From: an uncultured Actinomycetes bacterium
GTDB taxonomy: Bacteria > Actinomycetota > UBA4738 > JBBDTT01
Direction of reading: 5' to 3'
Length of the DNA: 64,000 bases
Assembly: GCA_963742735.1 (NCBI GenBank)
Contig: CAVUMN010000004.1
Location: forward strand, 160,001 to 224,000
Both the position numbers and the translations under genes were made by a program. Positions 56,018 to 64,000 of this stretch are shown piece after piece (the stretch's first letter is position 1; every line of letters begins with the position of its first letter). A model generated the notes under the pieces. The model did not search any database. It had not been told where the DNA came from and was given only the letters and a program-made list of their open reading frames with translations.

Positions 56018-57427
56018 TCACTCGACGTAGCCGAGGGCGCGGAGGTGCGTCTCGATCTCGGCCTCGAGCTCCTCGGGGACCGTCGTCTCGACGTTCGACC
56101 AGTCGGGGAGCTGCGCGCGGAGCCTCGCGACGTCTTCGGGGCGATCGGCCGCCAGGTCGGCCGTCTCGCCGGGGTCCGCCCGCAGGTCGAACAGCTCCTC
56201 GCGGCCGCGCGTGTCGACGATGAGCTTCAGGTCGTCCGAGCCGCGGGCCGAGCGAAACCCCCGGTCCACCGAGGTCACATCCAGCCCGGGGAACCGCTTG
56301 CGGACCAGCTCCATCGAGGGGAAGAACGCGAGGTACTCGGCGACGGCCACGTCCCGGCCCGGCTCGCCGTCCACCGGCAGCGGCCGCCCGTGGACCGGCT
56401 GGGCGAACGCGGTCCCGGCGCGAGCGAGGAGCGTCGGGGCCAGGTCGTGGACCTGAACCACGCCGTCGACGCGGCGGCCGTCGCGCTGTCCGGGGTCCTT
56501 CAGGACGAGCGGGACCCGCAGGAGGGTCTCGTGGACGCTGGCCTGATGGTCCATCAGGCCGTGGTCGCCGATGTTCTCGCCGTGGTCGCTGGTCAGGGCG
56601 AATGCCGCGCGGTCCCAACGGCCGTGGCGGTGCAGGATGCGGATCAGCTCCCCCAGGCGCGCGTCCAGATAGCCGATCTCGCCCCGGTACAGGCCGCGGA
56701 GCCCGTCGAAGTCGCGGTCCGTCATCGCCGCCTCGCGCGTGAACCACGCGGGCGGGCTCTGGTTGATGGCCATGGCCTCGGCGGCGTCCATCCCCTCGGG
56801 AAGGAAGCGCGACCGGAACGGCTCTGGAGGCGCGTAGGGCAGGTGCGCGTCGAGGTAGTTGACGAACAGCAGCACCGGGCGGTCCTGGGGAACCCGTGCC
56901 AGTGCACGATCGACGAACCGGTTCGTGCGCGCCGCGCCGTGGTCGTAGCGGTGGCGGAGGAACCGCCCGTAGGCGTGGTCGGCGCGGCCGAGGACCTTCC
57001 GCAGCACGGCCGGCACGCGGGGGTGCTCCTGGACCGCGGGAAGCACCTCTCGAAGCGGGAGGAAGCGGCGGAACCCCCGCGTCAGCCCCGCCGCGGGCCC
57101 CACCATGTCGTTCGCGCAGACGGCGATGGTCTCGTAGCCGCGGCGGGCGACGATCTCCGCCAAGGTCTCGGCCCCCTCCTCAAGCCGGTAGTGGGTTTCG
57201 TTCGCGCCGTGCTCCGAGGGCAGCAGGCCGGTGAAGAGCGAGGCGTGCGACGGAAGGGTCCACGGAGCGGCCGACCCGGCCCGCGTGTAGACCGTGGCTC
57301 GTTCGGCCAGGCGCTCCAGGACCGGCGTGGTGCGCGGCCCGGCGGCGTGGGCCGACACGTCCGCCGCCCTGGCCGTGTCCCACACCACCACCACGAGATC
57401 GACAGGCCGTCCGCCACCGGCTGACAT
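56018..57427 (-). CDS. Sulfatase-like hydrolase/transferase
   Basis: WDTARA, APWTLPSHASLFTG, DAHLPY, TSDHGE, ELFDL.ADPGE, LRALGY. Confidence 0.88.
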   Translation of the reverse strand: MSAGGGRPVDLVVVVWDTARAADVSAHAAGPRTTPVLERLAERATVYTRAGSAAPWTLPSHASLFTGLLPSEHGANETHYRLEEGAETLAEIVARRGYETIAVCANDMVGPAAGLTRGFRRFLPLREVLPAVQEHPRVPAVLRKVLGRADHAYGRFLRHRYDHGAARTNRFVDRALARVPQDRPVLLFVNYLDAHLPYAPPEPFRSRFLPEGMDAAEAMAINQSPPAWFTREAAMTDRDFDGLRGLYRGEIGYLDARLGELIRILHRHGRWDRAAFALTSDHGENIGDHGLMDHQASVHETLLRVPLVLKDPGQRDGRRVDGVVQVHDLAPTLLARAGTAFAQPVHGRPLPVDGEPGRDVAVAEYLAFFPSMELVRKRFPGLDVTSVDRGFRSARGSDDLKLIVDTRGREELFDLRADPGETADLAADRPEDVARLRAQLPDWSNVETTVPEELEAEIETHLRALGYVE

Positions 57428-57465
57428 GACGCCTAGAATGCCCGTTCCCGACACCAGGCGCTGCC

Positions 57466-58171
57466 ATGCCCCCATCCCAGACACCCGTCGACCTGTCCAT
57501 CCTCATGCCCGCCTACAACGAGGAGCGAACGATCGAACGCGCCGTCGAGGCCGTGCTCGCGGTCGACTTCCCGGTGAGCTATGAGCTCCTGGTCGTCGAG
57601 AACGGATCGCTGGACGGCACGCGCGAGCGGCTGCTCAAGCGAGAGTGGCCGGAGCAGGTCCGGATCATCGGCGTGAACCCCAACCGCGGAAAGGGCGGCG
57701 CCGTCCGAACCGCGATCCGCGCGGCCCGGGGGACGTACTCGGTCATCCTCGACGCCGACCTCGAGTACGACGCGGCCGACATCCCCTCGGTCATCGAGCC
57801 GCTGATGAACGGCGACGCTCAGGCCGTGTTCGGCGTCCGTGGGTTTCGGCTCCCACACCTCCTACGGGTTCTGGTACGTGATGGGTGGCAAGGCCGTGAA
57901 CCTTGCCGCCAACGTCCTGTTCAACAGCTGGCTCTCGGACATCACGACCTGCATGAAGGCGTGCTCGACCGAGCTGTTCCGCTCGCTGGAGCTGCGCGAG
58001 CGGACCTTCACCATCGACGCCGAGATCCCCGCCCACCTGCTCCGCCGGGGGATCCGGGTCTACGAGGTCCCCGTCCGCTATCGCGCCCGGTCGCGGGAGG
58101 AGGGCAAGAAGCTCCGCGCGTCCGACGGCGTCCGCCTGCTGTGGACGCTCGTGCGCTGCCGCGTGGAGTGA
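57466..58171 (+). CDS. DPM1-like GT2 with single frameshift near 57845
   Basis: MPAYNEE, NRGKG, DADLEY in one frame; SDITTCMK, YEVPVRY.AR...GKK in the next frame. Confidence 0.8.
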
Positions 58172-59451
58172 TGCGCCGGCGCGCGATCTACGTCGCGGTG
58201 GCGCTCGGCGCCGGGCTGGCGCTGCGCGTGGCGATCATCGCCGGGACCGACTACGTCCCCACCGCGGACGCGGCCTCGTTCGACCGGCACGGCGTGTCCA
58301 TCGCGCAGGGGCTCGGCTACCCGCCGTCGCGGCTCGCCGAGGGCCCGAGCGCGTTCCGTCCGCCGGGCCTTCCGTACGCGCTGGCCGGGCTGTACGCGGC
58401 GACCGGGACCGAGGACTCCGAGACACGCTGGACGGTGGGCCGCGTGGCGCAGTCGGTGGGCAGCGTGGCGGCCGCAGGCCTGATCGGGCTGATGGCGCTG
58501 CGCCTGTGGGGCGACCGCCGCATCGCCTATGCCGCGCTGGTCATCGCCGCGCTCTTTCCGCCCTGGCTGATGTGGAGCACCACCTTGCTCAGCGAGCCAC
58601 TGTTCGTGTTCCTCGAGGTCGGCACGGTGCTCGCCGCGCTGGCCTTCCGGCGGCAACCCGAGCGCCTCCGGTGGATCCTTCTGGCGGGGGCGCTGGTCGG
58701 GCTGGCCACGCTCACCCGGCCGAACGGCGCGGTGCTGCTGGTGCCGGTGGCGCTGGCCGCCTGGGCGCGACGGCCGCGGGGTTCGCTGCGGGCGGTCGTG
58801 CCACCTCTGGTCGCGATCCTGGCCGCGGCCGCGCTGATCGTCCCGTGGACGATCCGCAACGCCCGGACGTTCGACGCGTTCGTCCCGGTCCACACCGAGA
58901 CCGGGTTCGCGCTGGCCGGCACCTACAACGACCAGGCCGCCGGCCGCGAGGACTGCCCGGCCTGCTTCGTGTGGTTCATCCCGCCCGAGTACGTGCCCCT
59001 CCTGCGGCCGGGCATGAACGAGGTCGAGGTCGAGGCGACCATGCGCCGCGCCGGCCTCCACTACCTGCGCACGCACCCCACGTACCTGGGACGGGTCGTG
59101 TTCTGGAACGCGATCCGGATGGTGGGCGGCGGCGGGATCTCTCTCGAGCAGAAGGTGGCCCGGCAGGCGAGCGCGCCGGCGGCCCTGCCCTGGCTCAGCC
59201 TGATCGGCTTCTGGGTGGTGCTCGCCCTGGCCGTGGGAGGCGCGTCCACCCATCGCGCGCGGACGTGGCCGGGGTGGCTGGTAGCGACCCCCGCGCTGCT
59301 GTTCGCGAGCGTGCTCCCGATCCTCGGCAACAGCCGCTACCGGGCGCCCGTCGACCCCTTCCTCATCCTGCTGGCGGCGGCGTTCCTGGTCTCGTTGATC
59401 GACCGGGCCCGGACCCGCGACGCGAAGCGCGCCCTGGAGATCCCCGTATGA
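58171..59451 (+). CDS. GT-C (PMT/ArnT-like) membrane glycosyltransferase
   Basis: SAFRPPG.P, LLSEPL, LTRP, PWTIRN, RYRAP; multiple TM segments. Confidence 0.82.
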   Translation: MRRRAIYVAVALGAGLALRVAIIAGTDYVPTADAASFDRHGVSIAQGLGYPPSRLAEGPSAFRPPGLPYALAGLYAATGTEDSETRWTVGRVAQSVGSVAAAGLIGLMALRLWGDRRIAYAALVIAALFPPWLMWSTTLLSEPLFVFLEVGTVLAALAFRRQPERLRWILLAGALVGLATLTRPNGAVLLVPVALAAWARRPRGSLRAVVPPLVAILAAAALIVPWTIRNARTFDAFVPVHTETGFALAGTYNDQAAGREDCPACFVWFIPPEYVPLLRPGMNEVEVEATMRRAGLHYLRTHPTYLGRVVFWNAIRMVGGGGISLEQKVARQASAPAALPWLSLIGFWVVLALAVGGASTHRARTWPGWLVATPALLFASVLPILGNSRYRAPVDPFLILLAAAFLVSLIDRARTRDAKRALEIPV

Positions 59452-61118
59452 CCGCGACCTGCCCCGCGTGCGGCTCGGGGAGCTCGCGTCCCGCGTTCCA
59501 GATCCGCGAGTTCGAGTTCCGCGCGTGCCGCCGATGCGGGACGTGGTTCGTCCCCGATCCCCCGTCCCCCGAGGAGCTCGCCGCGCTGTATCGAGACCAG
59601 GAGTACTGGGCCGCCCCCGGCGAGTCCGGCCTCGCCCCCGGCTACCGCGACTATCTGGCCGACCGGGCGCACATCGAGGCGAAGTTCGCGATGTGTCTGG
59701 CGCACCTGGAGCGGCTCCGCCCGCCGGGGCGGCTGCTCGACGTCGGCGCCGGCCCCGGGTTCCTGGTCGCGGCCGCGCGCGCTCGCGGATGGGACGCCGT
59801 AGGCCTGGAGCCGAACGAATGGGCCGCGGCGTACGCGCGGGACGAGCTCGGCCTGGACGTGCGTCCGGGCCTGCTGCCGGCCCCCGGCCTGAAGGACGGC
59901 TCGTTCGACGCCGTCACGCTGATGGACGTGATCGAGCACGTAGCGGACCCCGGCGCGATGCTCGACGAGGCGCACCGGCTGACGGCGCCCGATGGCGCGC
60001 TCGCCGTCCTGACGCCGGACGCGGGCGCGTTCTTCAGCCGCGCCCTCGGCCGGCGGTGGCCCGAGGCCCTGCGAGTGCCGGAGCACCTGGTCCTGTTCAC
60101 GCGAGCGGGCCTGGCCACGCTCCTGGCTTCCCACGGCTACGAGGCCGTGGGGTGGCACACGGTCGGCAAGACCTCGACGTTCGAGGTGCTCGTGAGCGAC
60201 GTCGCGCCCGCGGCGCCCAATCTCGGACGGGCAGCGAGGCGGACGGTGAGCGCCCTCCGGCTCGGCCACCGAACGGTGGAGCTCGACCCGCGCACCAAGC
60301 TCTGCATGTACGCCGTGCGGACACCGTCCGCCGGAGCGCGCGCCACGAGGCACATCGCCCGCTCGCCCGTTCGGATCCCGAAACGGCGGCCGGCCCTCCC
60401 GCCGCCCGCGCCGAGCGAAGCCGGGATCACCGAGGCCGAGCGCCGCGACCTGATGATGCTGAAGGACGCCCGCGGCTACCAGGGATGGCTGATCTCGGCG
60501 TTCGGCGACGCGATCAGCGGCGAGGTCCTGGAGGTCGGACCGGGGATCGGGATCTACACGCCGTGGGTGGCACGCGCGGCCGATCGCGTGACCGTCGCCG
60601 AGCCGGACGGCGCGATGCGGGACGAGCTCGACCGTCTGGATGTGCCGAGCCTCGAGGTCCTCCCCGTCACCCTGGAGGAGCTCGAGGGGACCGGCCGCCG
60701 GTTCGACTGCGTGGTGATGGTCAACGTGCTGGAGCACATCGTCGACCATCGTCGCGCGCTCTCGGTGGCCCGCGGCCTCCTGCGTCCGGGAGGGCGGCTC
60801 TGCCTGCTCGTCCCCGCGCACAACGGATTGTTCGGGGCGCTCGACCGCCGGTACGGCCACGTCCGTCGCTACGCCCGCGACGAGGTGCTCGCGCTGTTGC
60901 ACGAGGCCGGGTTCGACCGCGCCCGGGCCCGCTACTTCAACCCGCTCGGCGCGGCCGGCTGGTGGCTGGTCGGGCGGGCCCTGGGCTCGGCGAAGCTCTC
61001 GCGTTGGAGCGTGTGGACCTCGGAGCACGTCGCCGCGCCGCTCGGCCGTCTCGCGGACCGGCTGGGACCCCCGCCGTTCGGCCAGAGCGTGGTCGCGGTG
61101 GGAACCGCGAAGCGCTAG
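59448..61118 (+). CDS. Tandem two-domain SAM methyltransferase with N-terminal Zn ribbon
   Basis: CPAC..CRRC; LLDVGAGPG..DVIEH; second domain VLEVGPGIG..NVLEH..GHVRRY. Confidence 0.85.
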   Translation: MTATCPACGSGSSRPAFQIREFEFRACRRCGTWFVPDPPSPEELAALYRDQEYWAAPGESGLAPGYRDYLADRAHIEAKFAMCLAHLERLRPPGRLLDVGAGPGFLVAAARARGWDAVGLEPNEWAAAYARDELGLDVRPGLLPAPGLKDGSFDAVTLMDVIEHVADPGAMLDEAHRLTAPDGALAVLTPDAGAFFSRALGRRWPEALRVPEHLVLFTRAGLATLLASHGYEAVGWHTVGKTSTFEVLVSDVAPAAPNLGRAARRTVSALRLGHRTVELDPRTKLCMYAVRTPSAGARATRHIARSPVRIPKRRPALPPPAPSEAGITEAERRDLMMLKDARGYQGWLISAFGDAISGEVLEVGPGIGIYTPWVARAADRVTVAEPDGAMRDELDRLDVPSLEVLPVTLEELEGTGRRFDCVVMVNVLEHIVDHRRALSVARGLLRPGGRLCLLVPAHNGLFGALDRRYGHVRRYARDEVLALLHEAGFDRARARYFNPLGAAGWWLVGRALGSAKLSRWSVWTSEHVAAPLGRLADRLGPPPFGQSVVAVGTAKR

Positions 61119-61744
61119 GACAGCAGGACCGGCTCCGCGAGGGGTTCCCACTCGCCGTCGGGGCCGCGCCGCTTGACGATGTGGGCCGGGTTGCCCTGGA
61201 CCATCACGCCGGCGGGGACGTCGCGGGAGATCACCGCGTTCGGCCCGATGATCGCGCCGTCCCCGATCGTGATCCCGCCCACGACGACCGTCCCCACGCC
61301 GATCCACACCCGCGAGCCGATGCGAAGCGGCCGGCCCTCCTTGAGCGGCGCCTGCCACGACACGGCCTCGTCGTCCTGACGCTTGTAGTCGTGGATCGTG
61401 TCGGTGCACGTGACGAACTGACCCATCGCGGTGTGGTCGCCGATCTGGATCCCGTTGAGCGCCACGAGCCGGAGGTTGTGGCTCAGGTAGCACCCGGACC
61501 CGATCTCGAGGGCGACGGCGCCCGGCGGCGCGTACGCCTCCAGGCACGCGTACTTGAGGATCGTCACCCCGGTTCCGATCCGCATGGCGTGCTCCCCCAC
61601 GAGCCGCAGCTGCGGCCCCTCGACGATCGAGCCCTCACCGAACCCTGCGAACGCCCGGGCCCGCGGCCCGCCGGCCCGGATCGCCAGCCGCTCCTCCTTG
61701 GCCAGCCGGCGGCGGTACGCCCGCTGCTCACCGCGACCGGCCAT
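61115..61744 (-). CDS. Hexapeptide-repeat (LbH) acyltransferase
   Basis: TDTIHDY, IGSRVWIG, IGPNAVI, GNPA. Confidence 0.88.
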   Translation of the reverse strand: MAGRGEQRAYRRRLAKEERLAIRAGGPRARAFAGFGEGSIVEGPQLRLVGEHAMRIGTGVTILKYACLEAYAPPGAVALEIGSGCYLSHNLRLVALNGIQIGDHTAMGQFVTCTDTIHDYKRQDDEAVSWQAPLKEGRPLRIGSRVWIGVGTVVVGGITIGDGAIIGPNAVISRDVPAGVMVQGNPAHIVKRRGPDGEWEPLAEPVLLS

Positions 61745-62984
61745 CGCGCGCTCCCTTCCGCTCGGTGGCCCGGGTGAGCGTCGGACGCGCGGCCAGGTCC
61801 GCCAGCCCCCATCCCGTCACGCCCTCACGGGTGACGACGAAGAACGGGGCCGAGCGATGCCGGCCGGCCAGCACGTCCTCCTGGTCGCCGCGGACGACGA
61901 TCTGCAGCTGGTACGTCCCGGGGCCGAGGTGCAAGGACAGGCCGACCTGGCTGCCGAGCTCGGTCCCCTCCGCGACGGTCTCGTCCATCGCCGCGACCGC
62001 CGTCGTGTAGACCGTCTGGCTCCCGGACAGCACCGAGAGCCGCACGCGAGGTGAGATCACGTCGCGGCCGAAGCGCAGGCGGAACCGCAGCGTCACGTCG
62101 TCGCCGACCGCGAACGAGGTCCCCGTGACGCCGCCCGGCCCGGCCAGCTCCACGTCCTCGATCTCCACGCCGCCGCCGACGCGCTGCACGCCGGCGTCGG
62201 CCTCGAACTCGGTCTCGCTCAGCTCGACGTCGGCGGTGTTGATGAGGGCGTGGTAGCGGGCGATGGCCTCCTCGGTGGGGCCGTCGAACACGGCCTCACC
62301 CTTCGACAGCACGATCGATCGAGGACACAGCGCGTGCACCACCGGCATCGCGTGCGAGACGAACACCAGCGTCACCCCCGCGGCGAGCAGGTCCTTGAGT
62401 CGCGCGTCGCACTTGGCCCGGAAGGCGCGGTCCCCCACGGCCAGCACCTCGTCGACCAGCAGCACGTCCGGCTCGGCGAAGATCGCCACCGAGAACCCCA
62501 GCCGCATGTACATGCCCGATGAGTAGTGCTTGACCGGCCGGTCGATCGCGGACCCGAGGCCGGAGAACTCGATGATCCGCTCGGCGTTCTGCTCGATGAC
62601 CTCAGGCGACATCCCCAGTACCGAGCCCCCGACCTCGATGTTCTCCCGGCCGGAGAGCTCGTCGCGGAACCCCGCGCCGATCGTGATCAACGAGGAGACG
62701 CGGCCGCCGATCTCCACCGTCCCCTCCGTCGGGGCGGTGACCCCGGCCAGAACCCGGAGCAACGTCGACTTGCCGGAGCCGTTCGGGCCGATGACGCCCA
62801 GCGCCTGGCCCGGTTCCAGGCCGAGGTACACGTGGCGGAGCGCCCACAGGTGGTCCTTGGCGCGGAACGCGTGGCGCGAGAGCCCGAAGAGGCGCGGCTC
62901 GTCCCGGAGCAGATCGAAGCGCTTGCCCACGTCCACGACACGGACGTGGCCGGCGCCGACCGGGGCCTCAGAGGTAGTCGGCAA
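61728..62984 (-). CDS. wzt: Polysaccharide ABC exporter ATPase with C-terminal carbohydrate-binding domain
   Basis: GPNGSGKST, YSSGMYMRLGFS, LLVDEVLAVGD, FVSH; Wzt_C-like extension. Confidence 0.9.
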   Translation of the reverse strand: MPTTSEAPVGAGHVRVVDVGKRFDLLRDEPRLFGLSRHAFRAKDHLWALRHVYLGLEPGQALGVIGPNGSGKSTLLRVLAGVTAPTEGTVEIGGRVSSLITIGAGFRDELSGRENIEVGGSVLGMSPEVIEQNAERIIEFSGLGSAIDRPVKHYSSGMYMRLGFSVAIFAEPDVLLVDEVLAVGDRAFRAKCDARLKDLLAAGVTLVFVSHAMPVVHALCPRSIVLSKGEAVFDGPTEEAIARYHALINTADVELSETEFEADAGVQRVGGGVEIEDVELAGPGGVTGTSFAVGDDVTLRFRLRFGRDVISPRVRLSVLSGSQTVYTTAVAAMDETVAEGTELGSQVGLSLHLGPGTYQLQIVVRGDQEDVLAGRHRSAPFFVVTREGVTGWGLADLAARPTLTRATERKGARDGRSR

Positions 62985-63759
62985 CCGTGGCCTCCCGCCG
63001 CGTGAACACCCGCCACCCCACGACGAGGAAGAAGGCCGTCCACGCCACCGACGAGACGGTGGCCCAGAGGTCCACCGGCAGCCCCACGTACGCGGACCGG
63101 AACAGGCCGACCACGCCGGTCATCGGGTTCGCCCGGATGAGGTTCATCACCAGCGGGTGCTCGGCCAGCCGGTCGAAGAAGAAGGGATAGATGATCGGCG
63201 TCACCCAGAACCACGCCATCACGGCGGCCTGCAGCATGGGGTCGATGTCGCGGTAGCGGACCTGCAGCGTGGAGAACGTCAGCGCGATCCCGTACGGCAG
63301 CAGGATCAGCAGCGCGACGGCGGCCGGCAGCAGGTACAGCTGGCCCATGCGCTCGAGCGCGAAGGCCCCCACCAGCAGCAGCAGCACCCCGAGCATGAAC
63401 GCCAGGTTGTAGAGGTTCGCCACCACCACCGCGGTGGGAAGCGCGGCGCGGGGCAGGCGCACCCGCTGGACGATCTGTCCGGCCTCGAGCAGCGAGCCGG
63501 AGCCCCCCAGCATCGCGCTGACGAAGAACTGCCACGGCATGATCCCGGTCAGCACGTACAGGGCATACGGAAACGGCCCGGCGAGGTCCGCGCGCCCGAG
63601 GATCGTGAACACCGCGGCGATCAACAGGCCCTGGATGAGCGGCGTGATCACGGCCCACATCACCCCGAGACCCAGTCGTCGATAGCGCGACTTGAAGCTG
63701 CTCGAGGCCAGCGTGCGTACGAGGTCACGACGGCGCCACAGGGCCTGTAGGCTGTCCAT
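62968..63759 (-). CDS. wzm: Polysaccharide ABC exporter permease
   Basis: KSRY..LGVMWA, RYRD, TPIIYP, NPM. Confidence 0.9.
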   Translation of the reverse strand: MDSLQALWRRRDLVRTLASSSFKSRYRRLGLGVMWAVITPLIQGLLIAAVFTILGRADLAGPFPYALYVLTGIMPWQFFVSAMLGGSGSLLEAGQIVQRVRLPRAALPTAVVVANLYNLAFMLGVLLLLVGAFALERMGQLYLLPAAVALLILLPYGIALTFSTLQVRYRDIDPMLQAAVMAWFWVTPIIYPFFFDRLAEHPLVMNLIRANPMTGVVGLFRSAYVGLPVDLWATVSSVAWTAFFLVVGWRVFTRREATVADYL

Positions 63760-63807
63760 GATCCCTCCACGCCGGTGTTGCGGCGGAGTCGCGTTCGAGA
63801 GGCTCTC

Positions 63808-64000
63808 TTGGACATCTTAGTGAGTCACCCCTACGTCTGGGCCGAGGTTCGACGAGGCGCGGAACGGCATCTGGAGGACCTGGTCGGCTATCTGCGCGCC
63901 CGCGGCCACGATGTCCGCGTACTGACGACCGCCAACGGCACACGCCTGCCGCCGCGGGCCGACCGGGCCCCGTACGTCGTGCGGGGGCGGACCGCGTCGG
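63808..64000 (+). CDS. Glycosyltransferase family 4, N-terminal part (runs off window end)
   Basis: Manual translation from TTG: MDILVSHPYVWAEVRRGAERHLEDLVGYLRARGHDVRVLTT. Confidence 0.7.
   Translation, partial: MDILVSHPYVWAEVRRGAERHLEDLVGYLRARGHDVRVLTTANGTRLPPRADRAPYVVRGRTAS

Noticed and set aside
57466-59451. 661-aa GT2/GT-C fusion from the ORF track
   Set aside because: Artefact of a frameshift near 57845. The GT2 C-terminus is in another frame ending at 58171, where the GT-C ATG begins.
1-64000. CRISPR array, tRNA, rRNA, integrase or prophage genes
   Set aside because: No regularly spaced repeats, cloverleaf or rRNA-like sequence, or phage or integrase motifs were seen by eye. A tRNAscan/cmscan run would be needed to exclude them fully.

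Overview
High-GC DNA that looks like an uncultured Actinomycetota genome (inferred from BldC-like, second-type GroES, CIRCE-controlled stand-alone groEL and TANNNT leaderless promoters). It has four parts. (1) 1-2100: a visibly more AT-rich mobile segment with the 5' end of an IS1595-family transposase and two related IS-end sequences. Between the ends lie a DUF3800 (RNase H-like) gene, a small membrane-protein gene and a ~420-bp intergenic stretch that appears to encode two divergently transcribed structured non-coding RNAs; this is the best candidate for an undescribed system. (2) 2.1-22.6 kb: accessory and housekeeping genes (arsR-arsM, ArsR-SRPBCC, LLM oxidoreductase, AlkZ-like glycosylase, DUF6351, BldC-like, M20 peptidase, pilT, AI-2E, ychF-like, groES, two NlpC/P60, larE-NIL). 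(3) 22.6-39.4 kb and 44.4-64 kb: a large surface-glycan region with Wzz/CpsD/Wzy-like and Wzm/Wzt export, many glycosyltransferases and methyltransferases, three tandem sulfotransferases and alkaline-phosphatase-superfamily enzymes. (4) 39.5-44.3 kb: tetR, a GH10 hydrolase and groEL interrupt the glycan region. A cluster of frameshifts at 53-58 kb is probably sequencing error. No rRNA, tRNA or CRISPR array was seen. All calls come from reading motifs by eye; no database search was run.
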